The notes under the pieces: generated by a model
What the model was told of the DNA's origin: nothing
Databases searched by the model: none
Seen by the model: the letters and a program-made list of their open reading frames with translations, nothing else
Assembly (NCBI GenBank): GCA_903882875.1
Contig: CAIRYQ010000023.1
Span: forward strand, 3,680 to 67,679
Length of the DNA: 64,000 bases
Source of the DNA: an uncultured Spartobacteria bacterium
GTDB lineage: Bacteria > Verrucomicrobiota > Verrucomicrobiia > Chthoniobacterales > Chthoniobacteraceae
Direction: 5' to 3'
Shown here: one piece after another, positions 18,460-27,595 of the stretch
Position numbering within the stretch: the first letter of the stretch is position 1
How the letters are laid out: each line of letters begins with the position of its first letter
Program-made: the position numbers and the translations under genes

Positions 18460-19452
18460 TCATGAGAGGCAGGCCATCGCTGCTCCGCACTCGCTGTCCG
18501 CAGGATGCTCGCCGCAATATGGCGGCTGTGGCGTGAGGCCGAGTTCGTCGAGCAGCGCGCGGTCGTCGTCCACGCCGGGATTCGCGGCGGTGAGGAGCTT
18601 GTCGCCGTAGAAGATCGAGTTTGCGCCGGCGAAGAAGCACAGCGCCTGTCCTTCGCGCGTGAGCCTCGTGCGGCCCGCGCTGAGGCGCACCTTTGCGCGC
18701 GGCAGCGCGATGCGCGTGGTGGCGATGAGGCGTACGAGCTGGAAGATGTCCACGGGCGGCTGCTCGTCGAGCGGCGTGCCGGGCATGGGCATGAGGCAAT
18801 TGATGGGCACGCTCTCCGGCGCTGGATCGAAATTGGTGAGGACTTCGAGCATCTTCAGGCGATCGAGTTCCGTCTCGCCCATGCCGATGATGCCGCCGCA
18901 GCACACACTCATGCCGGACTTTTGCACATGCCCGATGGTGTCGAGCCGATCTTGGAATGTGTGCGTGGTGACGATGTTCGGGTAATGCTCCGGCGACGTA
19001 TCAATGTTGTGGTTGTAGGCCGTGACGCCCGCGTCCTTGAGCTGCACGGCTTCCTTTTCACCGAGCTGCCCGAGCGTGACGCACACTTCCATGCCGAGCT
19101 TCGCAACGCGACGCACGCTCTCCAGCACGCTCTCAAATCGCGGGTCGCCATTGCGCACGCCCTTCCACGCCGCGCCCATGCAGAAGCGCGTGGAGCCATT
19201 TTCCCTCGCGCGCACGGCGACGGCCTCGATGGCCTCCGGCGACATCAGCGTCTCGCGCTCCACGCCCGTGTTGTAGCGCGCCGACTGCGCGCAGTAGCCG
19301 CAGTCCTCCGAGCAGCCGCCCGTCTTGATCGAGAGCAGCGTGCAGAGCTGCACCTCGCTCTTTTTCCAATGATCGAGATACGCCTTCCGCGAACGCGCGA
19401 TGAGATCGAAGAACGGCGTTTCGTAGATGGCCTGCAGTTCGCGGAGCGTCAT
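18460..19452 (-). CDS. bioB: Biotin synthase (radical SAM)
   Basis: CSEDCGYCAQS radical-SAM motif, length 330 aa, CCGGIIGMGE motif. Confidence 0.95.
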   Translation of the reverse strand: MTLRELQAIYETPFFDLIARSRKAYLDHWKKSEVQLCTLLSIKTGGCSEDCGYCAQSARYNTGVERETLMSPEAIEAVAVRARENGSTRFCMGAAWKGVRNGDPRFESVLESVRRVAKLGMEVCVTLGQLGEKEAVQLKDAGVTAYNHNIDTSPEHYPNIVTTHTFQDRLDTIGHVQKSGMSVCCGGIIGMGETELDRLKMLEVLTNFDPAPESVPINCLMPMPGTPLDEQPPVDIFQLVRLIATTRIALPRAKVRLSAGRTRLTREGQALCFFAGANSIFYGDKLLTAANPGVDDDRALLDELGLTPQPPYCGEHPADSECGAAMACLS

Positions 19453-19470
19453 GCTTTTGAAGAAAGGGGA

Positions 19471-20187
19471 TCAGCGCGTCCAGTGCCCGGCGTCGGTCGC
19501 GGGGATGGGCAGTTCGTCGGTCATGTACTGGCTCTTGCCAGTGAGCCCCCACATCGGGACACCGGTCGCCGAACGGAAACGTCCGGACATGCTCTCGCCC
19601 GTGTGGCAGCCCCAGCTCCGCACGAGCGCATCCTTTGTGAAGATGCCGCGGTTGATTTTCTTCATGTCAGTCTCGTGGAGCCAGACCTTCGATGCGCTGT
19701 CTATGTTGTTCGAGTAGTCAAAGAGCCAGCACGCCTTGTTGCTGTGGCCGAAGTAATCGAGATCGTTGATTTTCACGCGGTCGCGCGGCTGGCCCGCGTT
19801 GATGTAGTTCAGGAGCTGTGCAGTCGTGTCGAACCACATGAGTTTCACATGCAGCGACTCGCGGATTCCGTTGATGGCGCCGACGTAGTCCTGGCTGTCC
19901 TGCCGCCCGCGCGTGATGTAGGCGGGCCGGTACACGAGCCAGGTGATCGGCTGCTGCGGATTAATCTGCTGGATCTGCGCCATGCGGAGCTGCGCGGCGC
20001 GGATGAAATTCAGCCACCACTTGTCGTGAGGCTGCACCTTCCACTTTTCCCAGATGTAAAGTGAGAGGCCGCCGCTGATGATGATGGTCTCGCCGGGCTC
20101 CTTCGGTTCCGTCGGCGTCGCCGCACGCGAAAGCTGCGTACCAAAAAGTGCGAGTGCCGCGAGGAGAATTCTGAGCGCTTTGAACAT
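19471..20187 (-). CDS. Secreted hypothetical protein
   Basis: Signal peptide MFKALRILLAALALFGTQLSRA. Its composition looks like coding sequence, whereas the overlapping 519-aa plus-strand ORF is Arg/Ala/His-rich and looks like a shadow. No family recognised. Confidence 0.6.
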   Translation of the reverse strand: MFKALRILLAALALFGTQLSRAATPTEPKEPGETIIISGGLSLYIWEKWKVQPHDKWWLNFIRAAQLRMAQIQQINPQQPITWLVYRPAYITRGRQDSQDYVGAINGIRESLHVKLMWFDTTAQLLNYINAGQPRDRVKINDLDYFGHSNKACWLFDYSNNIDSASKVWLHETDMKKINRGIFTKDALVRSWGCHTGESMSGRFRSATGVPMWGLTGKSQYMTDELPIPATDAGHWTR

Positions 20188-20252
20188 GGCGCGGGAGTGA
20201 ACTGTGCATGTCCCATTTGCGCCAGTGGAAAATCAAACGGACGCCTGCACGA

Positions 20253-21023
20253 TTAACCGTAGCGGCCCTCGATGTATTCCGAGGTGCGGCTGTCGCGCGG
20301 CGTGAGGAAAAGGTCCTCGGTGCGCGCGTGCTCGATGAGTTCGCCGAGCAGCATGAAGATGGTCTCGTCGCTTGCTCGCCGCGCCTGCGCCATGTTGTGC
20401 GTGACGATGACGATCGTGTAGCGGCCCGCGAGGCTCCACATCAGCTCCTCGATGGCGCGCGTGCCGTCCACGTCGAGCGCCGAGCACGGTTCGTCCATGA
20501 GGATGATTTCCGGTTTCAGCGGCAGCAGACGCGCGATGCAGAGCTTTTGCTGCTGCTCGAGTTGGAGATTGATCGCGCGGTCGTTGAGGCGATCTTTCAA
20601 GTCAGACCACAGGCCGGTTTCCGTGAGCGCCTTTTCGACAGCGTCATCGAGGTCGCCGCGTGAAAGACTTTTCTCCGCGTGAATGCGCAGGCCGAAGACG
20701 ACATTTTCGTAAATGGAAAGCGGCAGCGGATTCGGCCGCTGGAATACCATTCCGACCGCCTTGCGAAGCTCGATGAGCGAGACGTCCGGGTCGTAGATGT
20801 TTTTGCCGAGCAGCTTGATCTCGCCGGTCGTGGTCACGTTGCCGTAGCGCTCGTTCACGCGGTTGAAGCAGCGCAGCAGCGTCGTCTTCCCGCATCCGCT
20901 CGGCCCGATGAGCGACGTGATCTTGCCGTGCTTGATGTCCACGTTGATGCCCTTGAGCGCCTGGAACTTTCCATACCAGAGCTTCACGTCGCGCGTGGTG
21001 ATGCTGAGTCGGGCGTCGCTCAT
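20253..21023 (-). CDS. pstB: Phosphate ABC transporter ATP-binding protein PstB (canonical)
   Basis: Walker A GPSGCGKTT, Q-loop VGMVFQRPNP, signature-region QQQKLCIAR, Walker B ILMDEP, H-loop VIVTHNMAQA, C-terminal TSEYIEGRYG. Confidence 0.95.
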   Translation of the reverse strand: MSDARLSITTRDVKLWYGKFQALKGINVDIKHGKITSLIGPSGCGKTTLLRCFNRVNERYGNVTTTGEIKLLGKNIYDPDVSLIELRKAVGMVFQRPNPLPLSIYENVVFGLRIHAEKSLSRGDLDDAVEKALTETGLWSDLKDRLNDRAINLQLEQQQKLCIARLLPLKPEIILMDEPCSALDVDGTRAIEELMWSLAGRYTIVIVTHNMAQARRASDETIFMLLGELIEHARTEDLFLTPRDSRTSEYIEGRYG

Positions 21024-21778
21024 CCGAAGATTCCGTTCACGTAATCATACGTGCGTTTGTCCTTCGGCTTGTCGCCGAAGAGTTGTTCGGTCGGGCCGAG
21101 TTCGATGATCTCGCCATTCCAGAGGAACATCGTGCGCGCGGCGAGACGGCGCGCCTGCTGCACGAGGTTCGTCACGAGGATGATGGTCACCTCTTTTTTC
21201 AGCACCTTGAGTACATCCTCGATGCGCATCGTCGTCACCGGATCGATCGCGATGCTGAATTCGTCGAGGCACAAAATCTCGGGGCTGTGCGAAAGCGCGC
21301 GGGCGATCGTGAGGCGCTGCTGCTGTCCGCCGGAGAGTTTCGTGCCGAGCGAGTCGAGGCGGTCCTTCACCTCGTCCCACAGCGCGGACTGCGTGAGGCA
21401 TTTCTCCACGAGCGTATCGAGTTCGCCTTTCTTCTTCATGCCCGCGGCACGCGGGGCGAAGGCGACATTGTCGTAGATCGAGAGCGGTAGTCCGACCGGC
21501 AGAGGCGCGACCATGCCGACGCGGCGGCGCAGCTCATACACGTTCCGCATTTCCGAGATATCCTCGCCGTCCACGCGGATCGTGCCGCTCGGCTTCGCGC
21601 CGACGGTGAATTCAATCGTCCGGTTGATGCAGCGCAACAGCGAAGTCTTGCCGCTCTGCGCGGGGCCGATGATGCCGAGGATTTCGTTCGGCTCGATGTC
21701 GAACGAAATGCCGTGGATAACTTCCCTCGGCCCGTAGCTGAGCCGGAGGTTTTCGACCTGGACCTTGGGCTTCACCAT
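21020..21778 (-). CDS. PstB-like ABC ATPase paralog with degenerate Q-loop and H-loop
   Basis: 252 aa from the ATG at 21778. Walker A GPAQSGKTS, signature LSGGQQQR and Walker B ILCLDEF are present. The Q-loop Gln is absent (VGMVAPLP) and the H-loop His is replaced (ILVTNLVQQA). ATGA overlap with the pstB start. Confidence 0.85.
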   Translation of the reverse strand: MVKPKVQVENLRLSYGPREVIHGISFDIEPNEILGIIGPAQSGKTSLLRCINRTIEFTVGAKPSGTIRVDGEDISEMRNVYELRRRVGMVAPLPVGLPLSIYDNVAFAPRAAGMKKKGELDTLVEKCLTQSALWDEVKDRLDSLGTKLSGGQQQRLTIARALSHSPEILCLDEFSIAIDPVTTMRIEDVLKVLKKEVTIILVTNLVQQARRLAARTMFLWNGEIIELGPTEQLFGDKPKDKRTYDYVNGIFG

Positions 21779-22689
21779 TTTTTGCGTCCGCGCAGCCAGG
21801 AGCGGATGAGTATGGCAGTGAGATTTACGAACACCACGAGGCCGAGCAGCACGAGGGCGATGGCGAAGGACAATGCTTCGGGCGCATTCGTGACCTGCGT
21901 CTTCACGGCGAAGAGATGCGTCGAGAGCGCCATGCACTGATCGGTGATGTTGTATGCGAAGAGGTTCCCTTCCTCGATGCGCCGGTAAAACACGGCGCCG
22001 GTGAACATGATCGGCGCGGTCTCGCCGGCGGTGCGACTCACTTGCAAAATCACGCCGGTGAGGATGCCGCTGATCGAATTCGGCAGCACGATGCGCCAGA
22101 TGGTCTGCCACTTCGTCGCGCCGACATTCCAGCACGCCTCGCGGAACTGGCGCGGCACTGCGGCGAGCGCCTCCTTCGTCGAAGCGATGATGACCGGCAT
22201 GGTCATGATCGCGAGCGTGAGCGACGCGGCGAGGATGCTGCGTCCCATGTGCGCGAAGAGCACGAACGCGCCGAGGCCGAAGAGCGCATGCACGATGCTC
22301 GGCACGCCGGCGAGATTTACCACGGCGAGATTCACGACCCGGGTGAACCAATTGTCCTTCGCGTATTCGTTGAGATACACGGCGGCGAGCACGCCGATGG
22401 GCGCGCTGATGCAAAGCGAAACCCCGACGAGCCAGAACGTGCCGAGCAGCGCGCTCCAGATGCCGCCTTCGCGCATGCCGTGCGTCGGATTGGTCGTGAG
22501 AAATTTCCACGAGATCAGCGAGTAGCCCTCCTTCACGAGATAGCCGATGATGACGATGAGCGGGATGACGATGCACGCGACCATCACCGCGAAAATGGCG
22601 CGCGCGATTTTTTCGCTGCGCTGCTTTTTCCGCGTGAATGGCGTCTCGCCAAACTGCGCCACGGGCTGTGCGTCGGCTGGCATGTTCAT
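21772..22689 (-). CDS. pstA: Phosphate ABC transporter permease PstA
   Basis: 305 aa, multi-TM, with an EAA-like region EALAAVPRQFREACWNVGATKWQTIWRIVLP. Position in the pst operon. Confidence 0.9.
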   Translation of the reverse strand: MNMPADAQPVAQFGETPFTRKKQRSEKIARAIFAVMVACIVIPLIVIIGYLVKEGYSLISWKFLTTNPTHGMREGGIWSALLGTFWLVGVSLCISAPIGVLAAVYLNEYAKDNWFTRVVNLAVVNLAGVPSIVHALFGLGAFVLFAHMGRSILAASLTLAIMTMPVIIASTKEALAAVPRQFREACWNVGATKWQTIWRIVLPNSISGILTGVILQVSRTAGETAPIMFTGAVFYRRIEEGNLFAYNITDQCMALSTHLFAVKTQVTNAPEALSFAIALVLLGLVVFVNLTAILIRSWLRGRKKW

Positions 22690-23618
22690 TTCTTGCGGAC
22701 GCCTTTGACCACGAAGTCGGCGATGAGGTTGACGATGAAGGTGATCGTGAAAAGCAGGATGCCGATGAGAAAGAGCACCTGGTAGTGCGGCGAGTGCTCG
22801 CGCGTCTCACCGAGTTCGGCGGCGATGGTCGCGGTGAGCGTGCGGCAACTGTCGAAGATGCTGTGCGGGATTTGCACCGCATGACCGGTGGCCATGAGCA
22901 CGGCCATCGTCTCGCCGACTGCACGACCGACGCCGAGGAGCACGGCGGCGAGCAGGCCGTTCTTTGCCGCAGGCAAAAGGACGCGCCAGATGATCTGCCA
23001 GCGTGTCGCGCCGAGGGCGAGCGCGCCTTCGCGGTAGCTGTCGGGCACGGCCTTCAGCGCGTCTTCGCCGATGCTGACCATCACGGGGATGCTCATGAGC
23101 GCGAGGAGGATTGCGGCGTTGAGCACGTTCAGTCCGACGGGGACGTGGAAAAGGTTTTGGATGATCGGATTCATCACCGTGAGGCCGATGAATCCCCACA
23201 CGATGCTCGGGATCGCGGCGAGCAGTTCGATGACGATCTTCAAAATCTCCCGCACTTTTCCGGTGCAAAACTCGGAGACAAAAATCGCCGCGCCGAGTCC
23301 GAACGGCACAGCGATGAGCATCGCCACGCCGGTCACGCTCAGTGTGCCGGCGAGCAGGGCCAGTGTGCCGAAGCGCACATTGCTCATGGACGTGGGATAC
23401 CACTCGGTGCTGGTGAGGAATTTTCCGAGGCTGAAGTCCTTGCTCGCGAGGATCGGCGCGCCTTCGCGGAAGACGAAGAAGAAGATCGCGAAGACAAAGA
23501 TGATCGCGCTCACGCCGCAGAGGCGGATGAGCAGTTCGATGGCCTTTTCGCCGTAGATGCTGAGTGTGGAGCGGGAGCCTGTCATTTGCGGAAAAGGCGG
23601 GAGGCGCCGTTCAAGCAC
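22686..23618 (-). CDS. pstC: Phosphate ABC transporter permease PstC
   Basis: 310 aa, multi-TM, with DALKAVPDSYREGALALGATRWQIIWRVLLP. ATGA-type overlap with pstA. Confidence 0.9.
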   Translation of the reverse strand: MLERRLPPFPQMTGSRSTLSIYGEKAIELLIRLCGVSAIIFVFAIFFFVFREGAPILASKDFSLGKFLTSTEWYPTSMSNVRFGTLALLAGTLSVTGVAMLIAVPFGLGAAIFVSEFCTGKVREILKIVIELLAAIPSIVWGFIGLTVMNPIIQNLFHVPVGLNVLNAAILLALMSIPVMVSIGEDALKAVPDSYREGALALGATRWQIIWRVLLPAAKNGLLAAVLLGVGRAVGETMAVLMATGHAVQIPHSIFDSCRTLTATIAAELGETREHSPHYQVLFLIGILLFTITFIVNLIADFVVKGVRKK

Positions 23619-23648
23619 CTCCCGCCTGCGATCCGTGTCGCGGTGAGA

Positions 23649-24566
23649 TTATTTTTCTTCCTTCGGTGCGAATTCCGGGAGCGGCACGTAGCCGGTCTCG
23701 ATCACGATTTTCTGTCCCGGCGCGGTGAGGATCCACTGGATGTATTCCTCGGCTTCGGGTTTTGCGTTGGGCGACACATACATGAACATCGGTCGCGCAA
23801 TCGGGTAGGTTTTGTCGAGTGTGGTCTTGATACTCGGGGCGACGCCTGCCTCGCCGGTTTTCTTCGAGACCTTCACGACTTTCACCTTGTCGGTCTTGTA
23901 GCCGATGCCGCTGAAGCCGATGGCCGTCGGCGTGGTGGCGACGAGGTCCACGACTTCCTTCGAGCCGTTCATGTCGCGCGAGCCCTGCTTGAAGTCGTTC
24001 TTCTTCCCGACCACCGCCTCGCGAAAATAGTGATACGTGCCGCTGTTGCTCTGGCGGCTGGCGCGGACGATATCGTCGCCGCCGGGGACGGTCACGCCGA
24101 GCTCGCTCCATTTGTTGATCTTGCCGCCCTCTTTGTAGATCTCGCTGAGCTGCTCGATAGAAATCTCGGTGATCGGGTTGCTCGGATGCACGTAGATGGC
24201 GAGCGCGTCGAAGCCGACGACATGTTCCTTCGGGTGCTTGCCTTCATATTTCGCCGCCGCCTTTTCCTCCTCCTCTTTTTCGAGGCTGCGCGAGCTGTTC
24301 GCGATGTCGCATGTGCCATTGATGAGCGCCGCGATGCCGACGCCGCTGCCGCCGCCGACGACTTCCACTGAGACGCCCTTCTTAACATCGTGGTAAGCCT
24401 CGGCCCATGCCTGCGCGAGGTTCACCATCGTGTCGGAGCCGATGTTTTGCAGGGCGATTTCGCCGCCTTTCTTGCCGCCGTCCGCGGAGCCTTTTTTGTC
24501 GCATCCGGTGAGGAAGAGTAGCGTCGCCGCGAGGGTCGCGAGCGCGAATGTGGATGTTCGTTTCAT
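23649..24566 (-). CDS. pstS: Phosphate-binding lipoprotein PstS (PhoT-type PBP)
   Basis: The ATG at 24566 gives MKRTSTFALATLAATLLFLTGC (lipobox). GSDTMVNLAQAWAEAY...GGGSGVGIAALINGTCDIANSSR is typical of PstS-family binding proteins. Confidence 0.85.
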   Translation of the reverse strand: MKRTSTFALATLAATLLFLTGCDKKGSADGGKKGGEIALQNIGSDTMVNLAQAWAEAYHDVKKGVSVEVVGGGSGVGIAALINGTCDIANSSRSLEKEEEEKAAAKYEGKHPKEHVVGFDALAIYVHPSNPITEISIEQLSEIYKEGGKINKWSELGVTVPGGDDIVRASRQSNSGTYHYFREAVVGKKNDFKQGSRDMNGSKEVVDLVATTPTAIGFSGIGYKTDKVKVVKVSKKTGEAGVAPSIKTTLDKTYPIARPMFMYVSPNAKPEAEEYIQWILTAPGQKIVIETGYVPLPEFAPKEEK

Positions 24567-24588
24567 GTTCTTTGGTTGGTTGGAAAAA

Positions 24589-25686
24589 TCAGCCGATGCT
24601 GTCGCTGAGCACGGCGTCGCAGAGTTCGGAGATGTGTTCGTGGAGAAACTGGTAGGCGGACTCGTAGGCCGCGCGCTTTTCCTCGTCGCTGCCGGTGACC
24701 TCCGAAGGATCCGGCAGGCTCCAGTCGAGGCACACGGCCTTGGTTGGTTTCGGGAAGGCCTTCTTCGCTGCGGGTGTGAGCGCGACGATGATTTGCGCGG
24801 AGTCGAGGTTCGGGAGCTGCCCGACGTTGCGGCTCTGCGCATGAGAGAGGTCCACGTTCTTGCTCCGCATGAATTCCACCGTGCCCGGATCCAGTTCGGT
24901 CGGCGTGAGGCCGGCGCTGGCGAAGACGAATTGCGGGCGATCCAGTGCGGTGCCGATGGCTTCGGCCATCTGGCTGCGGCAACTGTTGCGGTCGTCTATG
25001 AAAACCATGCGCCACGTTTCGCCGCCGAGTTTGCCGGGATATTGGCCGGTCGCCATGTAGATCACGTCCTCGCAGATGTTCGTGGCCTGGTCGGAGACGC
25101 GTTCGAACCGGCGCGCGATGGTCATCAGCGGCGTGAGCGCCTCGAGCGGGATGAGGTTTTCCGAGCGCAGCTTGAACAGCTCGTTGTTGATGACGTTGCG
25201 CAGCGCATCCACCTCGTATTCGCGGCCGAGGACATCGCGCGCGAGCGCCTCGTCGCCCGCGATGAATGCCTTCACCGCGTCGCGCAGCATCGGGATGCTG
25301 AGGCTGCCGATCTGCTGGAAACGCTCGATGGGAATGTGCGCGTTCACCTTCGCGAGCTTCAGCATCTGCCGCGCGACGCTTTCCGCGTAGTCGCCGATGC
25401 GCTCCAGCTCCAGCGTCACGCGGATCGTGATGTACGCAAAGCGCAGGCTGCGCGCGACGGGCTGCTGGCGGATGAGAAATTCCAGGCACAGCCGATCGAG
25501 TTCCTTCTCCAATTCATCAATGCGCCGGTCGCGCAAAATCACCGCATAGGCGAGCTGGCGGTCGCGCGTGGTGAGCGCCTTAATGCACGCCTCCAGCGCA
25601 CCTTCCGCGAGGCGCGCCATCTCGGCGACCTTGTGCTTGATGCGATCAACGTCGTGCTGCAGCGAGTCTTCGTAGTGGGATGGCAT
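24589..25686 (-). CDS. phoU: PhoU-family phosphate signalling protein fused to a cysteine-less ArsC/LMW-PTP-like domain
   Basis: The ATG at 25686 gives 365 aa. Residues ~1-215 carry two PhoU repeats (ELERIGDYAESVA and RRFERVSDQATNICEDV). The C-terminal ~140 aa match Staphylococcus pI258-type ArsC/LMW-PTP (MVFIDDRNSCRSQMAEA vs IYFICTGNSCRSQMAEG). Confidence 0.85.
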   Translation of the reverse strand: MPSHYEDSLQHDVDRIKHKVAEMARLAEGALEACIKALTTRDRQLAYAVILRDRRIDELEKELDRLCLEFLIRQQPVARSLRFAYITIRVTLELERIGDYAESVARQMLKLAKVNAHIPIERFQQIGSLSIPMLRDAVKAFIAGDEALARDVLGREYEVDALRNVINNELFKLRSENLIPLEALTPLMTIARRFERVSDQATNICEDVIYMATGQYPGKLGGETWRMVFIDDRNSCRSQMAEAIGTALDRPQFVFASAGLTPTELDPGTVEFMRSKNVDLSHAQSRNVGQLPNLDSAQIIVALTPAAKKAFPKPTKAVCLDWSLPDPSEVTGSDEEKRAAYESAYQFLHEHISELCDAVLSDSIG

Positions 25687-25878
25687 CAGTGGAGGCAAGG
25701 GTGAGAGGTTGCGTGCGGCATGTGGCGGTTGCGTGGCAGTTGGGAGCCAAAGACGTGACACTGCAATCTTTCGTCCCGGCAATTCAACTGCGGAAAAACC
25801 GGCGGGAAAAATTCATCCGTGGGTTCGGCGGCGCCGGATCGAACGGCGGCCGCGCGAAGTCCACCACAGAACAAGATT

Positions 25879-27054
25879 TTACCAAAACATCCGGAACCCG
25901 ACGAGCGTGGTCCAGCCGCGGTAATTGGCGTTTGCGCCCTTGCCGCCGGTGAGTTCGTCGTACTGCGCGCCGACCATGAGTTTCATTTTCTGTCCGTGGA
26001 TGTAGTAGTTCAGCCCGACGTAGGCGGAGTCGTATTTGCTGCCGGTGAATTTCCCGACGCTGCTCACCTGCCGGTTCAGCATGGTGATGCCGTTGGCCTG
26101 ATCCGAACTGCCGTACTGGTAGCGGGTGATCACCTCCAGCTTCTCCGGGATGATGTAAAATGACGGCATGAGCGTCACGCCGACAACGTCACCCTTCGCG
26201 GTGGTGCCGTTGCCGTAGGCGATCTGCGCCACAAGGCAGAAGCGGCCATTCTGAAAGTCGAAGTAAGTCGCCCCCGCGTTGTGCATCGTGTTGAACACGT
26301 TGCTCTGGCCGTTCAGGTCAATGTGCATGTAGTCCGCCGCCCACAGCGCCTTGTCCACGCCGAACGCCTTTGAGAAGTCGTAGCTCAGCTCGAACAGCTC
26401 GCTCGATCCGCCGTTGAAGGTTCCGAACTCCTTGTTCGCCATGTTCGAGAACATCGCGGCCTGATAGCCGAAGTTGCCGATTTTTCCGAGGACGGACACG
26501 CCGCTCGTGTAGTCGTTGCCCGTGTTGTTAAAGAGCTGATCGTCGAAGAATCCGCGCTCGAAAAACTTCTGCGTGTTGTCCGAGAACTCGCGGTCGTAGC
26601 CGAAGTGCGGCTCGAACTTGCCCACACGGATGTTCAGCGCATCGTTGATGTGGAAGTTAAGATAGAGATCCGTCATCCGGTTGTAGAAGACGGCTTGCTT
26701 GTGGTAGGCGTCCAGCGCGGTGTCCACCGTCGCCTTCAACTCCACATGGCGGTCGAAGAACCACGAATCAATGCCGAGGCGGAAGCGCCGGATTTCCGTG
26801 AAGTCAATGTCGCCCTGCTTGAACGCCTTGGGCTTGTTGTCGGCATTGATGCCGAACCAGTCGAGCTGTAAGCGCCCGGTAAAGTCGAACTCCTCGATGA
26901 TGTGGTTGCTGTCGTTCTTGTAGAGCACCGGCAGCTCCCATAGCCTGTCGAGGGCGGACTCCGGTTTCGGTGTGGCTGCGATGACGTCGGCTGTTCCGGC
27001 AAATGCGGAGGCAGTGACGAGGGCGAGGCTCAGGGTGAGGGTGGTTTTCAACAT
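25879..27054 (-). CDS. Phosphate-selective porin O/P family outer membrane protein
   Basis: The ATG at 27054 gives signal peptide MLKTTLTLSLALVTASAFA. FTGRLQLDWFG motif, beta-rich sequence ending in an aromatic residue (FRMFW). Lies directly upstream of the phoU-pst operon. Confidence 0.75.
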   Translation of the reverse strand: MLKTTLTLSLALVTASAFAGTADVIAATPKPESALDRLWELPVLYKNDSNHIIEEFDFTGRLQLDWFGINADNKPKAFKQGDIDFTEIRRFRLGIDSWFFDRHVELKATVDTALDAYHKQAVFYNRMTDLYLNFHINDALNIRVGKFEPHFGYDREFSDNTQKFFERGFFDDQLFNNTGNDYTSGVSVLGKIGNFGYQAAMFSNMANKEFGTFNGGSSELFELSYDFSKAFGVDKALWAADYMHIDLNGQSNVFNTMHNAGATYFDFQNGRFCLVAQIAYGNGTTAKGDVVGVTLMPSFYIIPEKLEVITRYQYGSSDQANGITMLNRQVSSVGKFTGSKYDSAYVGLNYYIHGQKMKLMVGAQYDELTGGKGANANYRGWTTLVGFRMFW

Positions 27055-27241
27055 GGTGGTGTGTGTCTTGGGTGTTTCGATTGCGGCGCAAAGGTGGCAC
27101 CCAAATGTTACGAACAGATGGCGACTCGGTGCCGTTATCGAAACATCCGCGACGAAATGCCGCATTTATGCGTCAACAGTGACATCCCGGCGTCTCCAGT
27201 CTGCTCTTGTCAAACACGCTTCCCACAGCCCACAAGGCGCA

Positions 27242-27595
27242 ATGAAGAAGAGCCTTTTCTCCCTGCTGGCCCTCACGCTCACGCTCACCCTCCACGCTGA
27301 GGAAAAGCTCACGCTCAAGGGTTCCAATTCGCTCCGGGTGACACTCATGCCGAAGCTCTCCGAAGCCTATCGCGCCACGGGCAAAAGGGTGAAGTTTTCC
27401 ATCTCCGCCGAAGGTTCCTCCACGGCATTTCCGGCGCTGCTGAACGGTAACGCGGACATCGGCATGAGCAGCCGCAAAATCACCGCAGAGGAATCCGCGA
27501 TGTTCCGCATCAAGGGCGCGGTGGTCAGCCAGACGCTCCTTTGCATGTGCATGCTTGCCGCAGTGCATCCGGCAGCCTATTCCGTGCAGGCGTGA
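27242..27595 (+). pseudogene. Truncated PstS-family phosphate-binding protein remnant (N-terminal ~117 aa only)
   Basis: Signal peptide MKKSLFSLLALTLTLTLHA, then LKGSNSL...AEGSSTAFPALLNGNADIGMSSRKITAEE, matching the first lobe of PstS-type PBPs. It stops after ~117 codons, where full-length proteins have ~300. Confidence 0.5.

Noticed and set aside
21779-22924. N-terminal 380-aa extension of the 634-aa ORF containing the second PstB
   Set aside because: The extension overlaps pstA (21772-22689) in another frame and has shadow-like composition. The ATPase domain starts cleanly at the ATG at 21778 (MVKPKVQVENLRLSYG).
27055-27241. Pho box in the divergent porin / pstS-fragment intergenic region (and in 25687-25878)
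   Set aside because: Only isolated TGTCA/GTGACA-like hexamers were seen (for example ttgtcaaaca, cagtgacat). They lack the 11-nt-spaced direct-repeat organisation, and the PhoB consensus for this lineage is unknown. A regulatory site cannot be supported by eye.
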